Below are positions 52,052-64,000 of a DNA stretch of 64,000 nt, one piece after another. A program made the position numbers and the translations under genes. The stretch spans positions 179,800,001 through 179,864,000 of the forward strand of contig OX597814.1 of the NCBI GenBank assembly GCA_951406725.2, written 5' to 3'. This DNA comes from Octopus vulgaris (taxonomy: Eukaryota). Position 1 is the first letter of the stretch. Each line of letters begins with the position of its first letter. The notes beneath the pieces were generated by a model. That model saw only the letters and a list, made by a program, of their open reading frames with translations, was not told where the DNA came from and searched no databases.

Positions 52052-53300
52052 CTCCTGTGTGTCTGATAAGTTGTGATTGCACCTCAAATAGAACATGATC
52101 GAACCATGTGAAACACTATACAAAAATACGTTCCATACCTTGCTCTTCAAACTTGATGCAGGTATATAGGTATATATTCTCTGATGTATCCCCCTTTGTT
52201 CAAAAAGATTGAAATATCATTTGTAGAAAAAAAAATACCGTCATATTTTCCAGAGTGTAGGAACGCGTAATCTTTCTCTTTTCTAGTTGATTTTTGTTAG
52301 ATGGTTAATATTTACGAGTAAACTGTTAATGAAGGAAGTTTTGTTTTACGAGATAAATTCTTGCGTCGTTAACTTCGAGTGTCTCTCTTCATTTCCTCCA
52401 AATAACGTAGTGAAACAACAATTTCATATTTTATATGTTAGTTGGTATTTTTCATGTTTAGAAATATAACTTTTTGAAGGAATTCTTTTCGAATATAACC
52501 ATGTTTCGTCCGTTTTCTTCCATTATTTTCTTCAAGACAGCAACATACTTTGCTACAACTTTGCTGGTTGGTTCGATACATATTTTTACATTACCCAGTA
52601 ATTCTTAAAACGTTCGAATCAACCAGCATTTGCATTATATGTTCCTTCAGTGATGATTTGAATACTATTATTATTCACGGCTGAAATTATTGCTTTGCCA
52701 AAAGGAATATATTTTTGATTACAATCCTTATTCCATACAGCAAAATGATGTTCCATCTCTGTTTTTGCAAGGCTTCTATTTATTGCAGCTGCTTGGAAAC
52801 CACAATACCATAATGTTATTTTACCTTTGTTTTATTTCTGCTGCATATATGTTTTATTGTGTTTCAGACGCTCAGTTCTCTCATTCCAAGATCTATGGCA
52901 ATATTCGAATTGCTACCGCCACATATATGATATTTTATTACATCGAATTTCTAATATGTTGTACAAGTAAGCCTTTTCTTTACTTCTGTATAAACAATTG
53001 AGCTACAAATATTTCTTCTTTCTTTTTAGCTACGAGGGTGGTTTTACTAGAACAATATGTTTGAGATAAAATGCCCTCGTGTTTTATTTCAAATTGTACA
53101 AAAACCATCTGAGTGCTATCACAGGACGACAGCCAGAAGCAAATTCGCCAATGACTGATCAAAGTACATGAGACGAGAACATATTCCTTTTCCTTCATCA
53201 AAAACATTTGTACTAAATCTAAAATAATCTCGTATAAGATTATCATTTCAAACTTCTCACTGAATCGAAGAAACAGAGGCCATTGTATCTTTAGATGTAC

Positions 53301-53352
<52 letters not shown>

Positions 53353-54437
53353 AGCATTCTATAGGGGATTAGTGGAGGGGGTACGACGACGAGCTCGGGG
53401 CGAACCTGGACGTCGACGAGGAGTACCTGACCCGCCTGTTCAGGACGACTTTCGGGCCAGGGCCCATGGACAACTTCCAGAGATCCCTGGCCTGGCAGTG
53501 CTACCGAGAAGCGCTACCCGTTCGGGATAAGCTCTACAGACACGGCTCGAGAAACACGGGGCCGACCTGCCCGAGATGCGGTCAGAGCGACGAAACCGTT
53601 CTGCACGCACTCGTGCAGTGTCCAACAATTTCCGACCTGTGGGCTTATGTCGAACAACTGCTGTCACGTGTGGGACGAGTCGGTTTATCAGCTGAGTCTA
53701 TCGTCAATATTGTCACGCCTCCTTCCTTCAAACGGGAAGGAAGAGCTCTTTTCATAATCCTTGTGGCTATGGCGAAAGAATGTATCTGGTGGACGCGCCT
53801 GAAAGGATTGGAGACAAACACTTTCCTCTCTGGTCAATCTCTCATCAACTTCTTTAAGTACCACTTGAAGAGGAAAGTGAGAGTAGAGAGGCAAGTTTTG
53901 TCTAGCGAATGTTTTAAAAAAAGATGGGTGAATGTAGCAAGGATGGCACGTATGAATGACGAAGCCACCTTGAGCATAATCCTATGAACCCAGAAATTGA
54001 AAACAGAGGGTTATCCACTTGCAAACAAATGTGGTAACATATAACAATATTGACCAAGGTTACCGTGGTCTTTTTGGTAGGCTTTTCTTCCCACGGATAA
54101 ACCTTACTTGCTTTCCCCTTTACACCATATATCATAACACTGTGATACACGATTCCTATTGATCGTTCTTTTTTTTCCTCTTCCCCTTTTTTTCCCCTTT
54201 TTTCTTCTTTTTTCATTTCTCTTTTCTCTTGTTCCTTTTCCTTTTCCTTTTTTTTATTCTTTTTATTTTTTATTTTATTTATTTTTTTTGTTCTTTTCTT
54301 CCCTTTTACGATCCATCTTGATCGAAAACCTACGCCATCCCCTTTTTTTTTGTTGTTTTCTTCATCCCCCAAAAGAAAAGCTCTACCTTGTAACTTGTCC
54401 CATCTGTGTGCAGCTCTGTGTGGCCAATAAAGAAACT
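53353..54437 (+). mobile_element. 5'-truncated L1/Tx1-like LINE 3' end inserted in (TATC)n
   Basis: ORF 53466-53987 has the W..Y.EALPV..KL and CPRCGQSDETVLHALVQC zinc-binding motifs; GC-rich; AATAAA at 54426-54431; TATC repeats on both sides. Confidence 0.88.
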
Positions 54438-54507
54438 TATCTATCTATCTATTTATTTATCTATATAACTAACTATCTATTATCTATCCATCTATCTATC
54501 TCTCTGT

Positions 54508-54842
54508 GAAGGCGCATGGCTCAGTGGTTAGAGCGTCGAGCTTACGATCGTGAGGTTGTGAGTTCGAATCCCGGACCGGGCTGCATGTTGTGTTCTTGAG
54601 CGAGACACCTTATTTCACGTTGCTCCAGTTCACTCAGCTGTAGGAATGGGTTGCGATATCATAGGTTTCAAGCTGTATCGGCCTTTCCCTTTCCCTTGGA
54701 TAACATCGATGGCATGGAGAGGGGAGGCTGGTATGCGTGGGCGACTGCTGGTCTTCCATAAACAACCTTGCCCGGGCTTGTGCCTCGGAGAGTAACTTTC
54801 TAGGTGCTATCTCACGGTCAGTCATGACCGAAGGAGGGTCTC
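54508..54842 (+). mobile_element. tRNA-derived SINE family C
   Basis: tggctcagtgg A box, gagttcgaatcc B box; homologous to 35851-36162. Confidence 0.9.
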
Positions 54843-54961
54843 AATACATCCCTCTCTCTATCTATCTGTGTGTTTGTGTCCGTGCGCGCGTGTTTGTATG
54901 TCTGTATTTTATGTATTATGTATATATTCTATATACACTCTATGTATCTTCCCTTCTCCCT

Positions 54962-55027
<66 letters not shown>

Positions 55028-55038
55028 GTATATGTATG

Positions 55039-55077
<39 letters not shown>

Positions 55078-55080
55078 ATG

Positions 55081-55111
<31 letters not shown>

Positions 55112-55998
55112 CCCCATACACATGTATTGATATGAATATGTATGTATGCGTGTGTGCGTGTCTGTGTGCATATATAGATGTATGTATGTGTGCGTGCGTT
55201 TCTGTGTGCATATATAGATGTGTGTGTGTGTGAGTGCCACCTGATTACTGTTTCAAAATAACCAGCATTTTCTCTCCAATTGTATGAACTGTACGAATCT
55301 TTGAGTCTACGTCTGTGTGGTTGCCTTTGTGCATGTCTGTTTCTATGTGTCTGACCGTCCATTTTCCAATTTAACATTATTTTTACACTTCTCCTGTTCA
55401 ATGGCAACCATTACAACATACATTGTTGCATATTGGATACCAGCTTTACATGCACATTGGAAACACTCCCTTGAGGACAAAACAATTAAAACTACAGAAG
55501 ATTCAAATTATTGATGGAATTTCCTCTTTTTCCTACATTCTTTGTTTGCTTGTATATTTGTTGTTTTTGTTTTATATTTTTTTCTCTTCTTCCAAGATAA
55601 TTTGCATATTTATCGGAGAGCAAAACACTGAGACGCCATCTTACCGTTTGATGATGTAGCCGATATTGATAGATTTAATGAAGAAAAATGTAGAATGCCA
55701 TCGAATGCATGGAAATAAAATATAATTCCTTTTGAATAGATTTATATGAAATTTATTCTTAGGCCAATTTTCTATTCTTATTTGTTTTACATTGTATCCT
55801 CCACTAAGCAAGACGCACGTGCATCGGCATATATAATTTTTACAACGTTTCATATCTTTATTTTTTTCTTACAAATAACTTTAAAATTCTAGTCACATTC
55901 GAGGCGCTGGAGGGCAGGATGTGACTCGCAACTATTACTACAATTGCATCCTATGTGATCTTCAAATCTTTATTTTGATTGTTTTGTTCACTGGAGGA

Positions 55999-56000
<2 letters not shown>

Positions 56001-56067
<67 letters not shown>

Positions 56068-56126
56068 CATCATTATTACTATTAATATTATTATTATTAT
56101 TATTATTATCATCATCATCATCATCA

Positions 56127-56175
<49 letters not shown>
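56001..56175. repeat. (TTA)n/(TCA)n microsatellite
   Basis: Direct reading. Confidence 0.98.
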
Positions 56176-56178
<3 letters not shown>

Positions 56179-56533
56179 GCATTACATCTAGTAATAATTG
56201 TAACGGTAAAGACGGTGACGTTTTCTTACATATAGAATATTAATAATAACATGATTATTTTTATTTGCGGAAAATAAGCGCAGAAGAAATAAAACAGTAT
56301 AACATTAAAGTACATTGGCGACAACAGACATTCTGAAGTGTACATAACTAAATGCAAATGAGAAAAATCACAAATTCCTGTGAGTGGTGTGTGCATTCGC
56401 GTTTCTGTGTGTGTATTTGTGTGTGTGTGTGTGTGTGTGCGTATATGTGTGTGTTTGTTTGTGTGTCTTTCTCTCTCTGTCTCTCTCTCTCCCTCTCTCT
56501 CTCTCTCCTCTCTCTCTCTCTATCTCTCTCTCC

Positions 56534-56566
<33 letters not shown>

Positions 56567-57186
56567 ATCTCTCTCAGTCCGCTTGTGCTTACACGCGCGC
56601 GTGTGTGTTCTGAGTGCATATATTCAGAAAGCCCTACTTAAGTCCTACAGGCTATGCAATTGACTACACTGCCACCCAAAATCCTCGGCTTGCCTCGTGC
56701 CCATTGTAAAGATTATCCATCTACCTTTCTTTAGCCGGGAAGGTCAAGCAGTTATATCCCTGTTGGCTGTACCAAATCAGGTTGTGTGGTGAACCAGATT
56801 GAAGGGGCTGAAGACAGACACTTTTATCTTTGGCCAAGGCCTCATCAACTATTTCAAGTTTCCCTTGAAAAGGAAAATGAGACTAGAGAAGGAAGTACTG
56901 CCTTCCTTCAATTTTCTTGAAAGGTGAGCATGGTTCGAACAAACAGGCTTATTATGACCATGTAACTCTAGACTGAAGTAAGACAACAGGGAGGAGCCAC
57001 TTGCCTTAGTGAATAGGGTGACAGTATTTTTGTGGGGTTTCAACAAGTTGCGTTCGGAAATCCCATATTTCATTGTTGAAATATAGATTTATTGCTGTTC
57101 TTCTTATCTGCTTTTTACATAACCCCACCATTGTAATGTCTTGTAATGTCCCCAATTTTTTGTGAACACTTAGAGGTTAATAGACA

Positions 57187-57187
<1 letters not shown>

Positions 57188-57235
<48 letters not shown>

Positions 57236-57274
57236 TTCATTAGTAGTAGTAGTAGTGGTGGTGGTGGTGGTGTG

Positions 57275-57323
<49 letters not shown>

Positions 57324-57366
57324 CAGTAGTAGCAGTAGTAGCAGCAGAAGCAGCGGCAGCAGCAGC

Positions 57367-57407
<41 letters not shown>

Positions 57408-57425
57408 CAGCATTATTATTGTTAT
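57188..57425. repeat. Compound trinucleotide microsatellite (TTA/GTA/GTG/GCA)
   Basis: Direct reading. Confidence 0.97.
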
Positions 57426-57459
57426 AATTCCTTGTTATCACAGGTTTTGTTGGAACTGT

Positions 57460-57588
57460 ATGTATGAACAAAGAAAAAGAGGGGAAAGAGAACTTATTGG
57501 ATGCGAACACCGCATTAGAGCAGAAGAAAACAACATAGCATGGTATGTAAAAAATGCCACAGAACCGCTATTACTAGAAGTAAGGTCA
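57460..57588 (+). mobile_element. R4/Dong-type LINE thumb-region fragment
   Basis: MYEQRKRGERELIGCEHRIRAEENNIAWYVKNATEPLL resembles the LYLPRKEGGR region of the copy at 22690-24085. Confidence 0.75.
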
Positions 57589-59560
57589 TATTTACCATAA
57601 GGTTTGAGGTCATCCACGAATAAGAAATGGTTGATTTTTCGTTAGCGGCTTTTGAATACATACCCAGCTTTTGCTTTCTTCAAAATCATTGTTAGTGGTA
57701 TCAAGCACAGTACAAAGATCAGTGGGAACAGGCAGTCCCCTTGGAAGATGCCTCTCCTAATTTCTACTCTCCCTAAATTTCTTCCGTATGCTGTCAGGTC
57801 CGTCCTCCAATTCGCCATACTTTTTCCAAGCAATCGCTCAACATTCGATGCAATCCTAAACAGGTTCATACACTCCATAATCTCAGAATGTGGGATCATA
57901 TCGTATGCCTTACGATAGTCGATGACATGGCTAAGTTACTTTTCCTCCTCATGCAGTCTCTGAGTACAGTTTTATCTATCAGGAGTTGATTCTTGGTACC
58001 TCTGCACTTACGCTTGCAACTCTCTGCTCATGTGGCAGGGCTCCACTTTTTTCTAGATGTTCGTACTTTGACTCGACGAATATTCCAGTCTATAACTTCC
58101 ACATAAGTGGCAAACAGGATATCGGCCTGTGATTGTCTACCGTATTGCCTTTTTCGATGTTTTTCATGTACAGCACTGTCTTACCCAATGTCAACCACAC
58201 TGGTGTTACTTTGTCGGCATTTAACAAGGTGTTGAGTTGCGCACTTATTCGTGCATGACATTCACCAAATCTTTTGATCTAGGAGCCTTGAACTCCATCT
58301 TGTCCCGGGGCCTTCTAGTTGCTCATTTGTTTTGCTGATTTCCTTCACTTCCCTAACTGAAATGACTAGTTCTGCATGTTTTGGACAGACTACTGTTTGT
58401 TTCAGTTCTCGCAACCATTCAGCATCCTTCTTGAGCTCCTTGTCTTTGCCCCAGATATCACTCCAGTGTTATCTAGTATCAACTTTTTATCTGTACACCC
58501 TCCATTTATTTCTATATAGAATCTCTTCTGATCTATTCCGAATAACCTATTCTGGTGGTAACCCTTCATTCTTTGATCGTATCTTACCCTCTTTGCTTTC
58601 TATGCAACGAGGCGCTGTTTCAAATACTCCACTACTACTTTCAGGCCCTTTCTTTAAATATTATACTTCCTTTTCAGCGCCCTGTATTTTTGTTCGCTTT
58701 TCTCCCCTTTCCCCCTTTCTCTTTTCAGTCTAACACAGAGATTTCCTTTGCGATCATATCTAACCCTGCCTGGATTCTTGATTTCCACTATGGATTTTTC
58801 TTTTGTCACTCCCATTATGTTTCTTTTTATTGATATCGACACCCACATTTTCTGCTACAACAATACTTGCTGCCTTGGTCAAATTATTTGTTTCTGTGAT
58901 GTTGTTTGTTCTGATGTATTTCAGAATTTCAGTGATATTTTTCGTTTCTCGGTTCAATTTCCATCTATCAACCTTTTTAAGGTTGCAAATTATGTCGCTA
59001 TCGTTCCCCTGTAGTCTTGCCTTTATTCGGTCATAGATTGCCTTTTTTTCATCATGTCGCCATTAGTTTTATTGTCTTCTTTTAGATCATCTATATGTCT
59101 CTCATCAAGTAAACTGCCACTGCTTCTTTCCTGTACAGTGTGATTACTCTTATTAGTAAGAACTGTATTATCATTGTCATCTCTGCTGCTATTGTCCATG
59201 ATCTGTCTTTTGATAGCTTCGAGCGATCACATAGTCTCTGTTCCATGAGTTGAAACAATCTCTTTTCTCTCCAATGATCATACATACGTTGTCGGTAACC
59301 CTTAATATGAGCACCATTTTCATCTACCGGGTTTCTCAGGTAGTAACACTCCATGACCACAGCATTAATTTGCTTGCTCCATCTACGCCGTGTGTTGTGG
59401 TCCCTATCCGGATATCGACAAGCTGGAGCCGGACCAGAATCTCTGAGCCTTCCGGGTGTAACACTGTCACCATCAATTGGCTTCAGTTTCATTACCACAG
59501 TTATTCACAATATCTTTTTTTTCATTGTCACTCATATGAGGTAGCAATTATCAGGTTGCG
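57589..59560 (-). mobile_element. Decayed R4/Dong-type LINE, N-terminus through RT
   Basis: RRRWSKQINAVVMECYY..GYRQRMYDHW..EQRLCD (ORF 59091-59498), [51 protein letters not shown]. Confidence 0.92.
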
Positions 59561-60135
59561 CAATTACCAGCGTTTTTATTGTAACACCATTACTAGTTGT
59601 ATCATTATTAGCCCATAAAGAGACTCCACCCGTTTCCTTTCATTATTATTATTATTATTATTACCATCATTGATATTACTGGTATTATTGTCTTTACGTG
59701 CAGTAGTAACAGTGGTTGCAGCAACAGCAACAGTAACAGTGGTGGGGATAGTGACAAGGGTGGTAGTTGGGCCTCAGATTCTTGTGCTATCATAATAGTA
59801 GTAGTTGTACTACAACTATTATAGTATTAGTAGTATTTAGTATCACCAGCTGTAGCATATTATTATTTTTTATCGAAACTTTAATACACCCAACCAAAGA
59901 ACGATGGACTAGAACAGTTTGAATTGCTTCTTTTCAAGGCAGCGCTGTCAGCGGCCACTGGTAGTAGTAAACACATTTGACCTCTGCAGAACCGAAGGGG
60001 TGCAAAGATCCTTTTGTCTCTATGGCTGACCTCTCCACCATCTGCCGAATCTATTTATAGACCCGTAGAATATGATCTATTCACCAATCTGCTGCCCAAC
60101 TAGTGGTCGTGATGGTGATAATGAAAAAACTAAAA

Positions 60136-60195
<60 letters not shown>

Positions 60196-60245
60196 ATTAT
60201 TATTGAGAGAGCTGTGCATGTCATCAAAGTGGCAGTGGGGTAAAA

Positions 60246-60306
<61 letters not shown>

Positions 60307-60309
60307 GGG

Positions 60310-61130
60310 CTCATTGCAGTTCTGAATCAAGCGTAGACGAGGCAGCCATGCATTGCTTCATAAGAAGTTCTGCCAGAGCGTTTTACTATTGATGACGTCT
60401 CGGGAAAATATCAGACTGCCGATGAAAAACATCTCATAAGTCTTTTCTGGATGACCTTCGATCTAGAACACACGAATAATTTCCTGTAATCCTGAATTTG
60501 ACAGTGCTATCGGGGTGGTGGACGGTTCGATATAAATTCTACATGCATGGTCAAACTGTCACCTGCGTCAGTTTGCTATGTGCGTAGAGCGAGGAAATCG
60601 TCCCACCGTCGGTCGTATATTGTTCAAGCATTTCGGGAAGGACGGAAGGTTGCAGTTTCTTCAGTCTGGTGGTTATGACGAAAAATGTTATGTAGTGGAC
60701 TAGACTGAAAAAATTAGGGGCAGACTCTCCTCATCGGTCAAGATCTCATTAACATTTTAAAATTCCATTTTAAAATGAAGGAGAGGATTGAGAAAGATAT
60801 GCTTCCCACTCACCAAATAAATATGTTGAAATTTTGGTGAATGTTGTGAATATTACCCGAGGGAGTGGACCTACTTTGAGCTGGTGCCTGTAGGCTGAGG
60901 CGTACCGATGAAGACGTACTTACCATGATACACCTGAATAGTAAGATGGCTCGGGATCTGTGAGGTGCCTTGGTTGCCCTTAGGTGGTGTTTGCCCGCCT
61001 ATGAATGAATTTCCTTCCATTGTTATAGTTTTTATTGTTTACACTTTTTCTATATAAATCCCCCCCTCATCTGTCTATACATTATCTTAAATGTTTTTCG
61101 CAGCACTTGTGGCCAATAAAAAAAAGAAAT
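60310..61130 (+). mobile_element. Older decayed relative of the L1/Tx1-like 3' end
   Basis: GQDLINILKFHFKMKERIEK matches GQSLINFFKYHLKRKVRVER; shares the tgtggccaataaa 3' terminus (AATAAA at 61115-61120); 5' boundary approximate. Confidence 0.75.
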
Positions 61131-62164
61131 TATCATTATTGTTATCATTAATATCATTATTATTATGCACTTAGAGCAATTAGCAAACTGTCTAACAAAG
61201 CAACTGTGATTAAACCTGATAATCCCCATTAAACAAAGCTCTGTATACTGTTAAAAGCAAATAGAAAATATATATTCTAAAGAAAACAATTTAATTGCAA
61301 CGAAAATCCGCACTTCTTTATAAATAATAACTGTTTATTGAATTGTACATCAGAATGGTTTATTATTTTCTTGTATTTGTATGTATGTGTCTTTCTCGTG
61401 CATTTGAGAAAAGATTTACATTTATATACATTTCACATTTTATTTTATTTTCCATAATAAATAATGATATAAGTGCGCTAAAATATCCACTTATGAGCTG
61501 TCTATTATGTCTAATTTTTTTTACCTTATAATAAATATGCACATAAGTAAAAACGAGCAGGTGTCTAGGCTTTTGTAAGTGTGTTCATTTTATCTTGCTT
61601 CTTTAAGTAAGAGTATGTGCATAAACACATATATACACGCAAACGCACATACACACACACATATTCAGACACACACACGCGATCACACACACATGCACAC
61701 ATACACACACTTATATATCTATATATATACATTCTCTCGTTGCTCACACGTGAGTATCGTCCATCTTTCTCTTCCTTGTGTGACCATCTTTCTTTTCCTG
61801 CACGGACGTTCAATTTCTCTTTTCTTCTATCTTTTATCTTTTCAAAGAAAATATTTCTCCCAGTATTCACTATTTTCCTCTCGTTCTGGTCTAACGACAC
61901 TCCATATTTGTCTTCGTTCGGTTTCCTTGTGTGTCTCCTCTCTCCTGTTTTTGTTCCCAACTTTGACCCTCCATAAATCCTCAATTTTATTTTAGAGTTT
62001 AGGAGAGTAACTGTCTTTGCAGACTCATATTGTCGTTGAATGCTCAAAATCAGAAGTAGATGGACAGATGACAACTCATGAAGTATCATTTCTCTCTGTT
62101 TACTTGTCTTGTTCTTACATATTTCATGTTGTTTGAACAGTTGGTGATGGCGTCCTGTACCCAC

Positions 62165-62206
<42 letters not shown>

Positions 62207-62257
62207 CTTATTAATATACAGACATATATATATATTAATTATTATTTTACATATATG

Positions 62258-62361
<104 letters not shown>

Positions 62362-62599
62362 TGCGAATATATTTCGGAGAGTATAAATGTATGTAGGTAG
62401 GTAGATAGTCAGGCAGACAAGCAAGCTGGCAGGTTTTAAATTATCAAATTTACATCTCAGAATTATTGTCTTTTTCATTTAATTAAATTTCACATGGTAC
62501 CGCATTGAAAACTTAAATTGCCGACGCAAAATTGTGTCATCTTGAGTACAACGTGTTTCACCAATATAACACGATATATACTACTATATTACATACAAA

Positions 62600-64000
62600 G
62601 ACTACTTTTCTTTTTACATTTGGTATCTGAGAAATCTTTAATGCTTTCCTCGAATTGTATCGATTTTAGAACACCACCCCAAATGCAAAGAGTACTTGCA
62701 TGGGTAATGGTGGTTCTCAGCCAATGTTTATATCATTCCCAATTTTTTGAATGGCCTCTCTCCTGGACAGCTAGAGACCTTCAAACTCAAATATATTCCA
62801 AGTGCTGCATCAACAGTGGAAAATATTTTAGTAACCTTTTCATTGCGGATTAAAACGGGCTAGTTTAGATAGGGTGAAACAGGACTTACGCTTACAAAAG
62901 GCAGCAAACTGTACAATTTATTCTTTGAACACATTACCTAAATGAAAGGGGAAAGCGGTGATAAGTTTTACAGCTTCAGATCAGGAAGATCACTATAATT
63001 TTGAACTTGCCATGCACAAATTGATAGGCTTCCCTCTGTTTGTGAAACCTGACAAATAACCGATTTAAAATGATATTGAAAACCCCGCAATTGAATTTTT
63101 CTCTTGCCGAAAGAACAACTTTCTCGTAGGTTTATGCTAGATTTGTATCCTGTTTACTTCTCTTCCTAGGTATATCTGTCATTGATTTATAGTTTGTTTC
63201 CGCACATGTTCTTTGAATCCAGTTCCTACTCTTAAAACTTATGCCTATATGATTTCAGAAAGTTTTCCAGAGAATCAATTATATCCACCGCTTTATTCAG
63301 ATCAGCTTCCACCCCATGAAAAGTTTTATTTGTACTGTTAAAGCGTACAAAAATTAAATTCCAGATCTTAACCACCAGAGCACTTTCAAGACAAGTCATT
63401 TTGTCTGCCAATATCTTATCTTCATATATTACTCCATGTATTTGTTCTAAATCATCTGCAACATCTCTGAGTGATTTTGAATGAATTATATCCATCAACA
63501 TGGTGTCAAAACAGAAAGTAAAATGCGTACGAAGACAAAATAGCTAACAGCTTCAAAACAACGAGGAGCAGCAGCTTCTCCAACAAGATTCAACAAATGA
63601 GCAACACAATGAAAACCGTAGCCAAATTTATTTCCTCATAGTCTGGCTCCCATTCTTCAGAAGCGACAGGATATATAACTGGCCTGGTCATTGGACTGCT
63701 TCTGTAATCGTCAAACTTTCTATCGTATTTTTTAAAGAAATTCTAACACAAATATAGCTAATACTTCCGCTTTGTGGGAACCAATCTTCAGGAAACTTAA
63801 AAGTCTTTTTTGTTAGCTTCCGGGAAACAGCTTAATGCGCAAAAGCTTTAAATGACAAATACTTGACAGCTTTAATTTCTACTTCAATATGATTAACATA
63901 TTTTGCCAACAACAAAACAATTTCTTCGTAGATGGTAATGATACGTACGACAGTATAATCCATTCTGAGATTGCGAAATGCTTTCAATTGACTCATTAAA
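62600..64000 (-). mobile_element. Decayed hAT-superfamily transposase, continuing beyond the window
   Basis: Minus: HCVAHLLNLVG (CxxH motif), IFVRFNSTNKTFHG..DL, and C-terminal dimerisation motifs IYLSLKVSSCPGERPFKKL..HWLRTTI. Confidence 0.85.

Noticed and set aside
49100-53280. Coding-looking decayed sequence, including the 172-aa ORF 50905-51423
   Set aside because: No family motif recognised in any frame I read; possibly an old transposon, needs a translated search.
54508-54580. Possible tRNA gene
   Set aside because: A and B boxes continue into a SINE body shared with 35851-36162, and no acceptor stem closes.

Overview
AT-rich eukaryotic DNA with no recognisable host gene. It is dense in microsatellites and transposon debris. 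The SINE families and repeat landscape suggest an octopus or related coleoid genome (inference, not checked). Identifiable content: at least four tRNA-derived SINE families (some with target-site duplications, some as tandem multimers), decayed R4/Dong-type LINEs, two L1/Tx1-like LINE 3' ends, Penelope-like element (PLE) remnants at (TA)n tracts, hAT and probable piggyBac transposase remnants, and two near-identical 517-bp non-autonomous Helitrons. The strongest unannotated signal is a set of type I hammerhead ribozyme folds. Two have complete catalytic cores, short helix III with palindromic sequence and unusually long helix II inserts (39354-39460 and 39972-40067, both minus strand). Several variant or minimal motifs sit at PLE ends. 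The segment 39625-39840 looks like a mosaic of two unrelated neighbouring sequences and may be an assembly artefact. All calls were made by eye; no searches or folding programs were run.
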